DNA from: Pristiophorus japonicus | Taxonomy: Eukaryota | Assembly (NCBI RefSeq): GCF_044704955.1 | Contig: NC_091997.1 | Location: forward strand, 20,274,001 to 20,338,000 | Direction of reading: 5' to 3' | DNA: 64,000 bases | Shown here: positions 47,584 to 60,365 of the stretch, piece by piece | Numbering within the stretch: the first letter of the stretch is position 1 | How the letters are laid out: each line of letters starts with the position of its first letter | Translations under genes and position numbers: made by a program | Notes under the pieces: model-generated | What the model was told of the DNA's origin: nothing | Databases searched by the model: none | Seen by the model: only the letters and a program-made list of their open reading frames with translations

Positions 47584-47949
47584 TATAGATTTTCTGACTC
47601 CTGTGTTAATGAGGTTTCTTTTTTAAATGGCAGGGGAATTTCTCTGTACATTCCAAATTAATTCATTTTTTTGAAGATTGCTGGAATCAATTTTCATGTG
47701 AGCAAAATAACATTTGCCTTGAATACATTTATATATAATTAAGTGTGACTAGGAAGTGTAATGCAGGAAGTGTGATGCAGTGGATAGGGAAAAGCATTTG
47801 CATATAATGTTTTTATTACATTAATATTTTATGGATACCTGTGTGGTATGAAATATACATATGATTCTGATTATTAGATATGAAGGGGGAAGGGGGGAAG
47901 GGAAGGGGGGGAAAGGGAAAGGGAAAGAAGGAAGGAAGGAAAAGCACCG

Positions 47950-48232
47950 GATGTCTCAAAGCACTTTACAGCCAATGAAGTACTTTTGGAGTGTAGTCAC
48001 TGTTGTAATGTAGGAAACGCAGCAGCCAAATTGTGTACAGCAAGCTCCCACAAACAGCAGTGTGATAATAACCAGATAATCTCTTTTTTTTTTGACATGT
48101 TGATTGAGGGATAAATATTGGCCAGCACAGTGGGGGATAACTCCCCTGCTCTTCTTCAAAATAGTGCCATGGGATCTTTTACGTCCACCTGAGAGAGCAG
48201 ATGGGGTATCAGTTTAAAATCTCATCCGACAA
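47950..48232 (-). mobile_element. SacSINE1-like DeuSINE, 5' truncated
   Basis: Deu core and 3' domain match the other copies. Confidence 0.85.
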
Positions 48233-48678
48233 TGCAGTGGTTGATGGCTGGGAATCAGTGAGGGGTGGATCAGAGGTCAGGGAAGGGGGTCTGACAGTCA
48301 GAGGTTGTCTTTTCAGGTGGGAGAGGGGCTGATGGATGGGAATAGGTCAGGTGACATGGCAAGCAAGTATTGGGCTGTAGTGCACTGGGCAGGGATGGGT
48401 TTCAAAGATCATATTCTGTCGCTATCTCACACTTTGTCTTTCTCTTTTTCCTTCACGCTGTGTCTCTTTTTATTCCCCTTCATATTCTATTGGTGTGTCT
48501 TTCATACTCTCCCTCTCTTTCATACACACCCTCTCTTTCTCTCACCTCCTTCTTTTCCTGATCCTTCCCTTCTGTCTCCTCTTACGTTTAGCTCTATTTT
48601 CGGTTCTATCTTAGTCCTTGTTCTCCCTCTCTCTCCTCTTTTATTTTCTTCTCTCTCTCTGACTCTGCAGTGGTGCTT

Positions 48679-51490
48679 CATAGAAACATAGAAAATAGGT
48701 GCAGGAGCAGGCCATTCGGCCCCTCGCGCCTGCACCGCCATTCAATAAGATCTTGGCTGATCATTCCCTCAGTACCCCTTTCCTGCTTTCTCTCCATGCC
48801 CCTTGATCTCTTTAGCTGTAAGGGTCATAGCGAACTCTCTCTTGAATATATCCAATGAACTGGCATCAACAACTCTCTGCGGTAGGGAATTCCACAGGTT
48901 AACAACTCTCTGAGTGAAGAAGTTTCTCCTCATCTCAGTCCTAAATGGCCTATCCCTTATCCTAAGACTATGTCCCCTGGTTCTGGACTTCCCCAATATC
49001 GGGAACATTCTTCCCGCATCTAACCTGTCCAGTCCCATCAGAATCTTATACGTTTCTATGAGATCCCCTCTCATCCTTCTAAATTCCAGTCAATAAAGGC
49101 CCAGTTGATTCAGTCTCTCCTCATATGTCAGTCCAGCTATACCTTGAATCAGTCTGGTGAACCTTCGCTGCACTCCCTCAATAGCAAGAACGTCCTTCCT
49201 CAGATTGGGAGACCAAAACTGAACACAATATTCCAGGTGAGGCCTCACCAAGACCCTGTACAACTGCAGCAAGACCTCCCTGCTCCTATACTCAAATTCC
49301 CTAGCTATGAAGGCCAACATACCATTTGCCATCTTCACCGCCTGCTGTACCTGCATGCCAACTTTCAATGACTGATGAACCATGACACCCAGGTCACGTT
49401 GCACATCCCCTTTTCCTAATCTGCCGCCATTCAGATAATATTCTGCCTTCATGTTTTTGCCCCCAAAATGGATAGCCTCACATTTATCCACATTATACTG
49501 TATCTGCCATGCATTTGCCCACTCACCTAACCTGTCCAAGTCATCCTACAGCCTCCTAGCGTCCTCCTCACAGCTCACACTGCCACCCAGTTTAGTGTCA
49601 TCTGCAAACTTGGAGATATTACACTCAATTCCTTCATCTAAATCGTTAATGTATATTGTAAAGAGCTGGGGTCCCAGCACTGAGCCCTGCGGCACTCTAC
49701 TAGTCACTGGCTGCCATTCTGAAAAGGACCCTTTTATCCCGACTCTCTGCTTCCTGTCTGCCAAACAGTTCTCTATCCACGTCAGTACATTATCCCCAGT
49801 ACCATGTGCTTTGATTTTGCACACCAATCTCTTGTGCGGGACCTTGTCAAAAGCCTTTTGAAAGTCCAAATACACCACATCCACTGGTTCTCCCTTGTCC
49901 ACTTTGCTCGTTCCATCCTCAAAATATTCCAGAAGATTCGTCAAGCATGATTTCCTTTCATAAATCCATGCTGACTTGGACCGATCCTGTCACTGCTTTC
50001 CAAATGCGCTGCTATTTCATCCTTAATGATTGATTCCAACATTTTCCCCACTAATGATGTCAGGCTAACCAGTCTTTAAATACCCGTTTTCTCTCTCCTT
50101 CCTTTTTTAAAAAGTGGTGTTACATTAGCTACCCTCCAGTCCATAGGAACTGATCCAGAGTTGATAGACTGTTGGAAAATGATCACTAATGCTTCCACTA
50201 TTTCTAGGGCCACTTCCTTAAGTACTCTGGGATGCAGACTATCAGGCCCCGGGGATTTATCGGCCTTCAATCCCATCAATTTCCCTAACACAATTTCCCG
50301 CCTAATAAGGATATCCTTCAGTTCCTCCTTCTCACTAGACCCACTGTTCCCAAGTACATCCGGAAGGTTATTTGTGTCTTCCTTCGTGAAGACAGAACCG
50401 AAGTATTTGTTCAATTGGTCTGCCATTTCTTTGTTTCCCATTATAAATTCACCTGAATCTGACTGCAAGGGACCTACGTTTGTCTTCACTAATCTTTTTC
50501 TCTTCACATATTTATAGAAGCTTTAGCAGTCAGTTTTTATGTTCCCTGCAAGCTTCCTCTCGTACTCTATTTTCCTCCTCTTAATTAAACCCTTAGTCCT
50601 CCTCTGTTGAATTCTAAATTTCTCCCAGTCCTGTTGCTTTTTCTAGCCAATTTATATGCCTCTTCCTTGGTTTTAACACTATCCGTAATTTCCCTTGTTA
50701 GCCACGGTTGAGCCACCTTTCCCATTTTATTTTTACTCCAGACAGGATGTACAATTTCTGAAGTTCATCCATGTGATCTTTAAATGTTTGCCATTGCTTA
50801 TCCACTGTCAACCCTTTAAGTATTCTTTGCCAGTCTATTCTCGCCAATTCACGCCTCATACCGTCGAAGTTACCTTTCCTTAAGTTCAGGACCTAGTTTC
50901 TGAATTAACTGTGTCACTCTCCATCTTAATAAAGAAATCTACCATATTATGATCACTCTTCCCCAAGGGGACTCATACAACAAGATTGCTAATTAGTCCC
51001 TTCTCATTACACATCACCCAGTCTAGCATGGCCAGCTCTCTAGTTGGTTTCTCGACATATTGGTCTAGAAAACCATCCCTAATACACTACAGGAAATCCT
51101 CCTCCATCGCATTGCTACCAGTTTGGTTAGCCCAATCAATATGTAGATTAAAGTCGCCCATGATAACTGCTATACCTTTATTGCACACACCCCTTATTTC
51201 TTGTTTGATGCTGTCCCCAACCTCACTACTACTGTTTGGTGGTCTGTACACAACTCCCACTAGCATTTTCTGCCCTTTGGTATTCCGCAGCTCCACCCAT
51301 ACAGATTCCACATCATCCAGGCGAATGTCCCTCCTTACTATTGCATTAATTTTCTCTTTAACGCCACCCCGCCTCCTTTTCCTCTCTGTCTATCCTTCCT
51401 AAATGATGAATACCCCGGATGTTGAGTTCCCAGCCTTGGTCACCCTGGAGCCATGTCTCCGTGATGCCAATTACATCATATCCGTTAACA
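48679..51490 (-). mobile_element. 5'-truncated CR1 LINE (most of ORF2), disrupted
   Basis: ORF pieces 51087-51311 (EN), 50076-50507, 49546-49944 (FADD), 49090-49539 and 48769-49074; (TTCTATGT)n tail; close relative of 20810-25145. Confidence 0.95.
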
Positions 51491-51944
51491 GGAAGCTGAA
51501 AGGAATTCTCTGGGCTGCATGCTTACATAGGATTACAGAGGATATATGGCACAGAAACAGGTCATTCGGCCCAAGCAGTCCATGCTCCACTTGAGCCAGT
51601 ATGGTAGGAGGAGACTGGATTGCAGACTGGAGCTTCAAGGATGGGAATGTATTAGTCAAGGTTGCAAGACCAGAATTAGAATTAATTTGTGGGACCAGGA
51701 CTGGGCAATGAGCCTTCAAAAAAAAGAGCAGGATTTTTAAGAAAATCAGAAACAAAAAACAGCAGGCTCTGGAAGTTGAAAAAAAAGAGCCTGAGGAAAG
51801 TTAAAACACATGACCGGGAACAGAGGCTTGAAAAAAAAAAGTAACAAGGAATGGGTTTTGAAAATAATGCCACAGGCAACTCAGCTTCAAATAAAAAATG
51901 TTGGAGTACAAAAGAAAACAGCAAAAATAAACCATGTTAGAGCC

Positions 51945-52258
51945 CTATCTCTGTAACTTCCTCCAGCCTTATAAAGCCTTTGCGCTCGCAGCACTCTTCC
52001 AACTCTGGCCTCTTGCACATCCCTGATTTTAATTGCTCCAGCACGGGTGGCCGTGCAGTCAGCTACCTCGGCCCGTAACTCTGGAATTTCCTCTCTGTAT
52101 GTCTAGCTCTCTCCTCCTTTAAGCTATACCTCTTTGATCAAACTTTTGGACACCGCTCCTCATATGGCTCGTGTCAAATTTTGTTTAATAACACTCCTGT
52201 GAAGCACCTTGGGACGTTTTACTCTGCTAAAGCTGCTATATAAATGCAAGTTGCTGTT
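51945..52258 (+). mobile_element. L2-type LINE 3' end
   Basis: Ends GCTATATAAATGCAAGTTGCTG. Confidence 0.8.
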
Positions 52259-52412
52259 TTTGTTGCTGGAGTTCGACCTACAGAAGTGGAATGGAGTTAG
52301 GAGTTGCAGCTTGGAGAACCAAGGCTGACCAAGATAAAGTTGATTACATGATAGAGTCAGCCAATTAGGGGTATGTTTAATCAAGACAATAGTGCCACCT
52401 AGCTTAGAGACT

Positions 52413-52545
52413 TAAATAGGAGCAGGAGTAGGCCATTCGGTCCCTCGAGCCTGCTCCACCATTCAATAAGATCATGGCTGATCTTCGACCTCAACTCCAC
52501 CTTTCTGCCCGACCTCCATATCCCTGGATTCCCTTAATATCCAAA
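52413..52545 (-). mobile_element. CR1 3' UTR fragment
   Basis: AAATAGGAGCAGGAGTAGGCCATTCGG...ATCATGGCTGATC. Confidence 0.85.
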
Positions 52546-54141
52546 CTCAATTACAACTCAATAAAATATGAAAATTAAATTGCGACAGAAAAATCATGAC
52601 AAAAGTTTGACACTTAAATGACGTGTGCGCAAAACTTTTAATATACTATAGATTATACAGTTAACTGGAAATGATCATTTGATGATGATTTAAATGAAGA
52701 TTATCTGATCATTACACAATATTAGATTTCATTGTTCAAAACAATGAAGCTAACTTAAATACTGTGCCTTTTTCAGTCTACTCAGCAGGTGTCAGCAATG
52801 GAAGCATATTTTGTGGCTGATGAAGTGAGGAAGCTATTTCCATTTCAAAGCTGTTCATTAACATCATGAAAATATGTTCAAAAAGGTATCTGATAAAAGA
52901 CTTCTCATGTAATGCATGAGGGAAAATAAATAATTCTCAACAACAGAAAATGTGAAATTCGACGCAGTGGGATTTTATCAAAGGATGCCATTTAATGTAA
53001 TAAATGATATTTATATTTAGATTGCACTTCGACAATGTGTGAGCGTTGCTGGTGCTCTGAATCTGCCCTGAAGTCAGAATACTAGCAGCAACAATAAAGC
53101 AATCTTGCATTCTCAGCTTGAGCTCTTTAGCCCTGGACTTTCTCTGATATTGTGGAAGATCAGTCCAGGCGGCAGTGAAGAGACTGGCCAGTGCCATCAT
53201 CAGAAACCATTCATGTTTACCACCATAGTGCGTGACCTCCATTGATGATAGGGGAAACCACTTAGTTCAACAGAAACCCAGATGTATGGCTGTGCTATAA
53301 ATGTAAGCAAGGCATCGATTCCCACCTCGTTTTGGTGGTCTGTGTACACACTTCCACAGCCAGCAATCCCCGTGATGGAGAGTATAAATATAGAGGCCGA
53401 GTTTTCTGTCTGCCAAGGAGCTGAGGCAGCACTCAAGCCAGTAGAGGCCCCGCCATTTAAAATTGGCCACATTTAAAATCGGGCAAACTCTTACCCATTA
53501 CGATTATTGTCAATTACAACATGTTAGGCGCATCGGCTATTTTGGGCAGAAATCGGTGTCTGGTGACTATTTCGCACCTCGTTGAGGCGCAATTATCTAT
53601 CATACTTCTCGCCTATGTAGCCACAAGGCAAATTCAACTGAACATACTGAGGCAGGGTTAACTGATCTCTGCAGACAACATCAGTGTGGAAGCAAGCGCA
53701 AGTGAGGAGGCTCCTGGCTCTTTCTCGTCAGTGTGAGAATCGCGCAGAGCGTTACGCAATAACTATGGGGCATATTGCACCAGAGAAAGGCACGAGTGGG
53801 CCAGAATTATAAAGCGCAGAGTTCAATTAGTGTCTCCCAGGTCGCTGATTAGCACAGGATAGTTCAGGTCTAGTCATCGACAGGGGAGATTAACAGGCAC
53901 TACTGCTCCTGCTGTAATATAGTTTAATGCTCACTGCATCTACCTTCCTAGCCATGAGGGAAAGTCTGTTTTCACGGTTCTACATACACAAATTAGTCCC
54001 AGAATGAAAAAAAATGCAAACACAGCATTGATCTTATTCCAATTACTTGTACAAAAGCTTAGCTGGCTCAGTATATAGCGAATGCACACTGCAGAGTCAA
54101 GGGTAATAGTCTCACCTTGTTCTATGCTATTAAGTAACTCT

Positions 54142-54875
54142 GGCCCTGAAATTCCGGCCTTGCTGGGTCCGTACGGAATACGTACAGACTCGGTGAGGCC
54201 TCGCAAAAGCCGGTTTTTGGTGCACAATTGCATGCGTCGAAAACCAGCTTTTCCGATCGGTCAAGGTATCTTTTGACAGATCCTCCGCATCCCCGGGAGA
54301 AGGACATCCGCGCAGGCGAGATTGGGCTATTTGCCCACCTCATGCCCAGAAAATGTCCTTCAATCTCTTATGCCTGGTAAAAGCAGGCGCATAGCTTACT
54401 TTTAGCAGAGTAAGAGTTTTAAAACATAAAAAATAAAATTTAAATACAAATTTTTATTTTAAAAACCCTGTCCACTAAGGTAAGTTTATTTTAAACCCTA
54501 ATAAAACACATTAAAAAAAATCCCCCAAATATATATTTTTTCCAATTAATTTTAATTATGTGTGGTTTTTTATTATTTATTATTATGTTGTGTTTGGGTG
54601 TTTTAGGGAGTTATTCTCATTGATAGTAATGGGAACTCATAAAATCGGAGTTCCCATTGCTATCAATGAGAATACGGTCCTGTGATTGGTTGTCCAGGCC
54701 CACGTGACTCCAGTTTCCCCGAAACTAGAAGACATGGATGCGCTATGAAGCGTGTGGAAAGAAGGCCTCCGACCGGAATCCAAGGAACTTCCGGGACCAC
54801 CAGGTACATTCGGAGAGAAATTTCAAGTCGGAGGCGTTCGTCCGAAGGAAGTCACCAATCCAGAATCTCAGGGCC
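54142..54875. mobile_element. Harbinger-type MITE
   Basis: TIR GGCCCTGAAATTCCGG / CCAGAATCTCAGGGCC (14/16); internal hairpin TTCTCATTGATAGTAATGGGAACTC / GAGTTCCCATTGCTATCAATGAGAA. Confidence 0.85.
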
Positions 54876-55029
54876 ATTGTTTATCTAAGAAGCCCAATGT
54901 AACACTTAATGTAATTACTTGCCAACACTTGTATGTGGGTACCATAATTGAAACAAGATTAAAACTACGACAAAGAGAAACTGAAACAGTTTAACACTAA
55001 ATTATTGAAAAATAAGCACAATACTATTA

Positions 55030-55275
55030 TAAAAGCAAAACACTGCGGATGCTGGAATCTGAAATAAAAACAGAAAGTGCTGGAAATCTCAGCGGGTCAG
55101 GCAGCATCTGTGGAGAGAAAAACAGAGTTAATGTTTCGGGTCGACGAATGGTCTCTTCGTGGGAGCTTGCTGTGCGCAAATTGGCTGCCGCATTTCCTGC
55201 ATTACAACAGTCATCATCGATCCAACGAAGGGTCGTCGACCCGAAATGTTAACTCTGTTTTTCTCTTCCACGCAG
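55030..55275. mobile_element. Penelope-like inverted pLTR pair enclosing a ~55-bp DeuSINE fragment
   Basis: Left arm ...AACAGAGTTAATGTTTCGGGTCGACGA and right arm TCGTCGACCCGAAATGTTAACTCTGTT are inverted copies; 55158-55211 matches the SINE 3' domain. Confidence 0.72.
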
Positions 55276-55777
55276 AATATTATTTTGTAAGGGCACTGTC
55301 ATGTGAATGCATCAAAATTCATCAGATATTCATGTATCTATTCGAACAACTGGTGATGAGATTCTGGGTTGCATCCAGTCTCATTCTATCTTTTTTGCTG
55401 AACACCATAATCTGGATCATCATGCATATCCTGCAGTAGTTTAAGGTCAGAAGAGCAGAGAGTATAATTGCATATAAGATATGCAGCACAGAAACAGACC
55501 ATTCGGCCCAACCAGTCCATGCCGGCATTGATGTGCCTTGTCAGCCTCCTCCCATCCTCCCTCATCCAACTCGATCAGCATCTCTATTCCCTTCTCCCTC
55601 ATATGCTTATTGCATAATCCTTAAATGCATAATGACGCACAACCAATAGTCAATGAGGGGAATCAAGTGACACTAGAATCTATTCCAACTTGGTTCCACT
55701 CATCTGTTCTAGTAGAATTTGGGGATTTAACTAGTGCAAAGCCATCTCTGAGTTATTTAAGCTTTATATTAGTGAAA

Positions 55778-56572
55778 AAAAAGACTTGCATTTATATAGC
55801 ACCTTACTCTGAATGCCTTCATGGCAAACAAGCCAAAGGAGGAAACGTTTCAAGGACACCCTCAAAGCCTCCCTGATCAAGTGCAACATCCCCACCGACA
55901 CCTGGGAGTCCCTGGCCAAAGATCGCCCTGAGTGGAGGAAGCGCATCCGGGAGGGCATTGAGCACCTTGAGTCTTGTCACCGATAGCATGCAGAAACCAA
56001 GTGCAGGCAGCAGAAAGAGCGTGTGGCAAACCTGTCCCACCCACCCTTTCCCTCAACGACTGTCTGTCTCACCTGTGACAGGGACTGTGGCTCTCATATT
56101 GGACTGTTCAGCCACCTAAGGAACTCATTTTAAGAGTGGAAGCAAGTCTTCCTCGATTCCAAGGGACTGCTATGATTCATGACCACCAGACATCCCAAAG
56201 CACTTGACAGCCAATGAAGTACTGTTTTGAAGTGTGGTCACTGTTGTAATGTAGGAAACGTGGCAGCCTATTTGCGCACAGCAAGCTCCCACAAAAAGCA
56301 GTGTGATAATGCCGAGATAATCTGTTTTTTGAGGGATAAATATTAGCCAGTACACCAGGGATAGCTACCCTGCTCTTCTTTGAAATACTGCCTTAGGATC
56401 TTTTACATCCATCTGAGAGAGCAGGCAGGCCCCACGTTTAACATCTCATCCGACAGGGCATCACTCCCTCAGTATTGCACTGGAGTGGCAGCCTAGATTT
56501 TTGTGCTCAAGTCCCTGGAGTGGGACTCGAACCCACAACCTTCTGATTCAGAGGCGAGGGTACTGCCCACTG
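55778..56572 (-). mobile_element. SacSINE1-like DeuSINE interrupted near its tail by an RTE fragment
   Basis: Tail GACTTGCATTTATATAGCACCTT at ~55783-55805; body resumes at ~56176; head with B box at ~56520-56572. Confidence 0.85.
55806..56175 (+). mobile_element. RTE LINE 3' fragment
   Basis: KRFKDTLKASLIKCNI...CLTCDRDCGSHIGLFSH coding and GGGACTGCTATGA end. Confidence 0.9.
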
Positions 56573-56610
56573 AAATGGAATGAAATGGAATGAGCAAACA
56601 ACAAAACATG

Positions 56611-57251
56611 GGTCTAGAAATTCCAGAGGACCTGCTCCACTGCCCACTCATTTGTCCTCAGCATGACTCCTTTCCAAATCCAAGAAGAGGAATTGTTTAA
56701 ACAATGGGGCAACACCCACACCAACACCAGTGGGACTGAGACACCTGCCCTGCAAATTTGGCAGGGCTTCAGCAATAAATCTTGCCATTCTGTTGGGGGA
56801 AGGGAGGGGAAGCACTGGCTGGTCTGGCCAACGATCCAATGGACCCAAGTTTGCATTTCCGCTGCTCCTTCACTGGTGAGCTGCAAATCTTAACAAGCAA
56901 TCTATCTCTCTTGGGTCAAGTGCTATTTGGATATGGCACTATGGGGCCCACATACAACCCTGTTGGGCAAGTATGCGTCATGCAAGCTACTTATCACCAG
57001 CTTTAAAAAACTGGTGGGATTTCCCAGTCCTACCTCCAAAAATGATGTCAGGACAGAGGGGGAGCAGCCAGATAAAGCACCTACCTCTCCTCACCATGCC
57101 CAACCCCTTCTCCCATCCCCCCCCCCCCCCCGACCAGAATTTCTCCAGAGCCAGAAAGGGGCAAAACCCCAGCAGAAACTGGTTCTGTCCAATCTTCTGC
57201 ACCTCCATCACACCAGGCTGCCACCCCCAAAATTGGCCGAATTTCCAGGCT
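56611..57251. mobile_element. Degraded Harbinger-type MITE
   Basis: GGTCTAGAAATTC / GAATTTCCAGGCT imperfect TIR; TSD not clear. Confidence 0.5.
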
Positions 57252-57286
57252 AAAGTGTTTCTTTGAACAGAGAAAGAGAGACTTTG

Positions 57287-57472
57287 GGGGTAGAAATGTT
57301 GTCGCAGCGGTGACGAAAAGTGGAGGGTATCCGATCGGTTGTCCTTTATATGCAGCTCCTGGTATTCAGTGTCATTAACTGCAAAGGAACGCAGTATCAG
57401 GCGCTGCCTAGAACAGGCGGCCGATCCAATACTACCCCTTTTGCGCCACTGCCCGAGACAAATTTCTAGGCC
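57287..57472. mobile_element. Short (~186 bp) fold-back MITE with long imperfect TIRs
   Basis: GGGGTAGAAATGTTGTCGCAGCGGTGACGAAAAGTGG versus the reverse complement of the right end, GGCCTAGAAATTTGTCTCGGGCAGTGGCGCAAAAGGGG; similarity extends ~55 bp. Confidence 0.7.
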
Positions 57473-57867
57473 TGAGCCTCTAAAGGAGTACAGTTGTAAT
57501 GAAAAAAACTTTTGTTCTCTTAGGAGACACATTTAAGCAAATCTCTTCGAAGCAAATCGTTATGTCCCTTGCACATGTTCAAAATGAGTCATATCCATTC
57601 TTACTTTTCTCATCTCTAAATATATTTACCAGTGTCTGTATGTAAAGCCTGAAATTTCTGCAACTTTAGCACAATACTGCCAAAAGGATAGTCCATGTCG
57701 ACAGTACTACTTGTTACAGTTGGCTAGAAGTATGGTACCATTCAGTAGATGGTGGCTCCCAACAGACTGCACTTCGGAGGTGTAGCTTTGAAAAACAAGG
57801 ACATTGTGGTATTTCTTATCCTGGTTTCCTAAAGTTATTTTCAGGAAATTGTCACCTGTTTTGATAT

Positions 57868-58170
57868 TTCTTCTTAGTCAATCCCTCGTATCGAGGATGA
57901 CTTGCTTCCACGCCGAAAAGGGATGAGTTCACAGGTGTTTCAATGAAGGGCCTGATATTTCAGGTCGCGAACAACATGTTGAAGGGTGGAAGATGCCTGT
58001 GCGTGGATTTTTTTAACATGGGGTGGCCATTGCACACCAGCCACCACACGGGCTTGACAGAGCTAGGTCTTGGTCCAGTGGCAAGGGTTGACCAAGACGA
58101 CCGGAGACCAGCTCTGCTGCACGGATCTAGTGCGCACACATATCGCACTGTGGGCTGGCCCGTGGTGCCA
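57868..58170 (-). mobile_element. Bipartite RTE-derived non-autonomous retroposon, second copy
   Basis: Reverse-complement homolog of 27865-28140 with the same internal junction. Confidence 0.85.
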
Positions 58171-58527
58171 GACACTGACGTTTTGAGTGTATTTATTTAC
58201 ATTACAACTTCGATATCAAATGTTTGGTTGTAGCAAACAGTTCGGGAAATGTGTCAAGATCCAACTTCCTTCGAAATCAGCCTTTTTTTGTGCGTCATGG
58301 TCGAGAATGACAACTTAGAACAGAAGCTAATTTACCACCTGTAATAGTCTGACTGAAGATTCAACAGTAATGTTCCCTGTGACAGGACACAAGCTGTGCT
58401 TCCAAAAAACATTTCACATTCTGGACTCAAAGCAATTTTTTGACACAGAACACTTTGTTGGGTTGGATAGAAACAGCACAAGTCTCCGTAACATAGTAAT
58501 AACTAACCGATCAACATCCCCTGAATT

Positions 58528-59155
58528 AGGGATGGAGTACAAAAGCAGGGAAGTCCTTCTGCAACTGTACAGGGTATTGGTGAGGCCACACCTGGAGTAC
58601 TGCATGCAGTTTTGGTCACCTTACTTTAGGAAGGATATACTAGCTTTGGAGGGGTTACAGAGACGATTCACTAGGCTGATTCCGGAGATGAGGGGGTTAC
58701 CTTATGATGAGAGATTGAGTAGACTGGGTCTTTACTCGTTGGAGTTCAGAAGGATGAGGGGTGATCTTATAGAAACATTTAAAATAATGAAAGGGATCGA
58801 CAAGATAGAGGCAGAGAGGTTGTTTCCACTGGTCGGGGAGACTAGAACTAGGGGGGCACAGCCTCAAAATACGGGGGAGCCAATTTAAAACCGAGTTGAG
58901 AAGGAATTTCTTCTCCCAGAGGGTTGTGAATCTGTGGAATTCTCTGCCCAAGGAAGCAGTTGAGGCTAGCTCATTGAATGTATTCAAGTCACAGACAGAT
59001 AGATTTTTAACCAATAAGGGAATTAAGGGTTACGGGGAGTGGGCGGGTAAGTGGAGCTGAGTCCACGGCCAGATCAGCCATGATCTTGTTGAATGGCGGA
59101 GCAGGCTCGAGGGGCTAGATGGCCTACTCCTGTTCCTAATTCTTATGTTCTTATG
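58528..59155 (+). mobile_element. CR1 3' fragment
   Basis: GMEYKSREVLLQLYRVLVRPHLEYC... and TTCTTATG tail. Confidence 0.92.
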
Positions 59156-59186
59156 AATGGCATCAAACTTTTCCTTCAATTCCTGG

Positions 59187-59397
59187 CATTATTTATCCCT
59201 CAATCAACATAACAAAAAAACAGATTATCTGGTCATTATCATATTGCTGTTTGTGGGAGCTTGCTGTGCGCAAATTGGCTGCCGCGTTTTCTACATTACA
59301 ACAGTGACTACACTTCAAAAGTACTTCATTGGCTGTAAAGCACTTTGAAATGTCCAATGGTCATGAAAGGCGCTATATAAATGCAAGTCTTTCTTTC
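59187..59397 (+). mobile_element. SacSINE1-like DeuSINE 3' half
   Basis: Matches 29230-29432. Confidence 0.88.
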
Positions 59398-60365
59398 ATG
59401 TTACTGCCCAGTCCATTGTGTACTTCAACTAGCATCAAGAACATCTTCATACAGACATTAAAGTAGCCTGAGAGTTGAGTTTTGTGTACTGTGCTAGTAC
59501 AAACCAGGGCTATGAATATATTATAATATGGAACAAAGATCAGTACAGATGAGGGAGGCTATTCAGCCCATCTAACCAATCCTTCATTCAAAATCAAATG
59601 ACCCCCTCATCACAGTAACGAAGAGCTTACTGAATGACTCCAGAGTTTTTCCTTCCACATTCCCACCTGGAAAACCATCCCAGATATTAATCTGTGTGAA
59701 AGAGAAATCCTTCTCGAATTCAGTGTTGAAATTGCTTTCTACTAGTTTGTGTCTATGTCCACTTGCCCTATAGTAATGGTTTAACTTGAAATAGTGCTCA
59801 AGATTAACTGTAGTATTTCACTTAGTATCTTTTATACTTCTATAAGGTCTTCTTTCATTTGTCTCCTTTCAAGGGTGACGAGTTTGGGCTAAATTTTAAC
59901 AATCAAATGGCCAACCGGCAGGGCATTCTGAGGGCCGAGCCTCATTGCCATGACGCCGGCGGGCTGTTGCTCGCTGGCTCCAGGCTGACACATGATCGAC
60001 TCGGTCTCATTTAAATGGAAGTGACGAGCTGCAGGTGCTAAATGATCATCTCGATGCAGCTCGCTGGTCGGGGCCTACCGATTACTGCCCGACTCCAACG
60101 CCGAGCTGGCCTGCAGGTAGGCCTGGGTAGGGGATGGAGGAGGGAGAGAGCCCGGAGTGGCAGCGGCCCACATTATTCATTTGGATCCTGGAGGAGAATT
60201 CTTCCTCCTTCAGCTCCCACTAAAATAATTTTAAAACTTTCTTTTTCGGTTCTCTTCTGCTCTACCGCCAGGTTTTACTGAGTGGAGCGTCCAAGGTGCA
60301 TGCTCAGCCCCAGCAGGCCACTAACATTGCATTGGGCTCTCATGTATGTTACTATACCCCAATTT

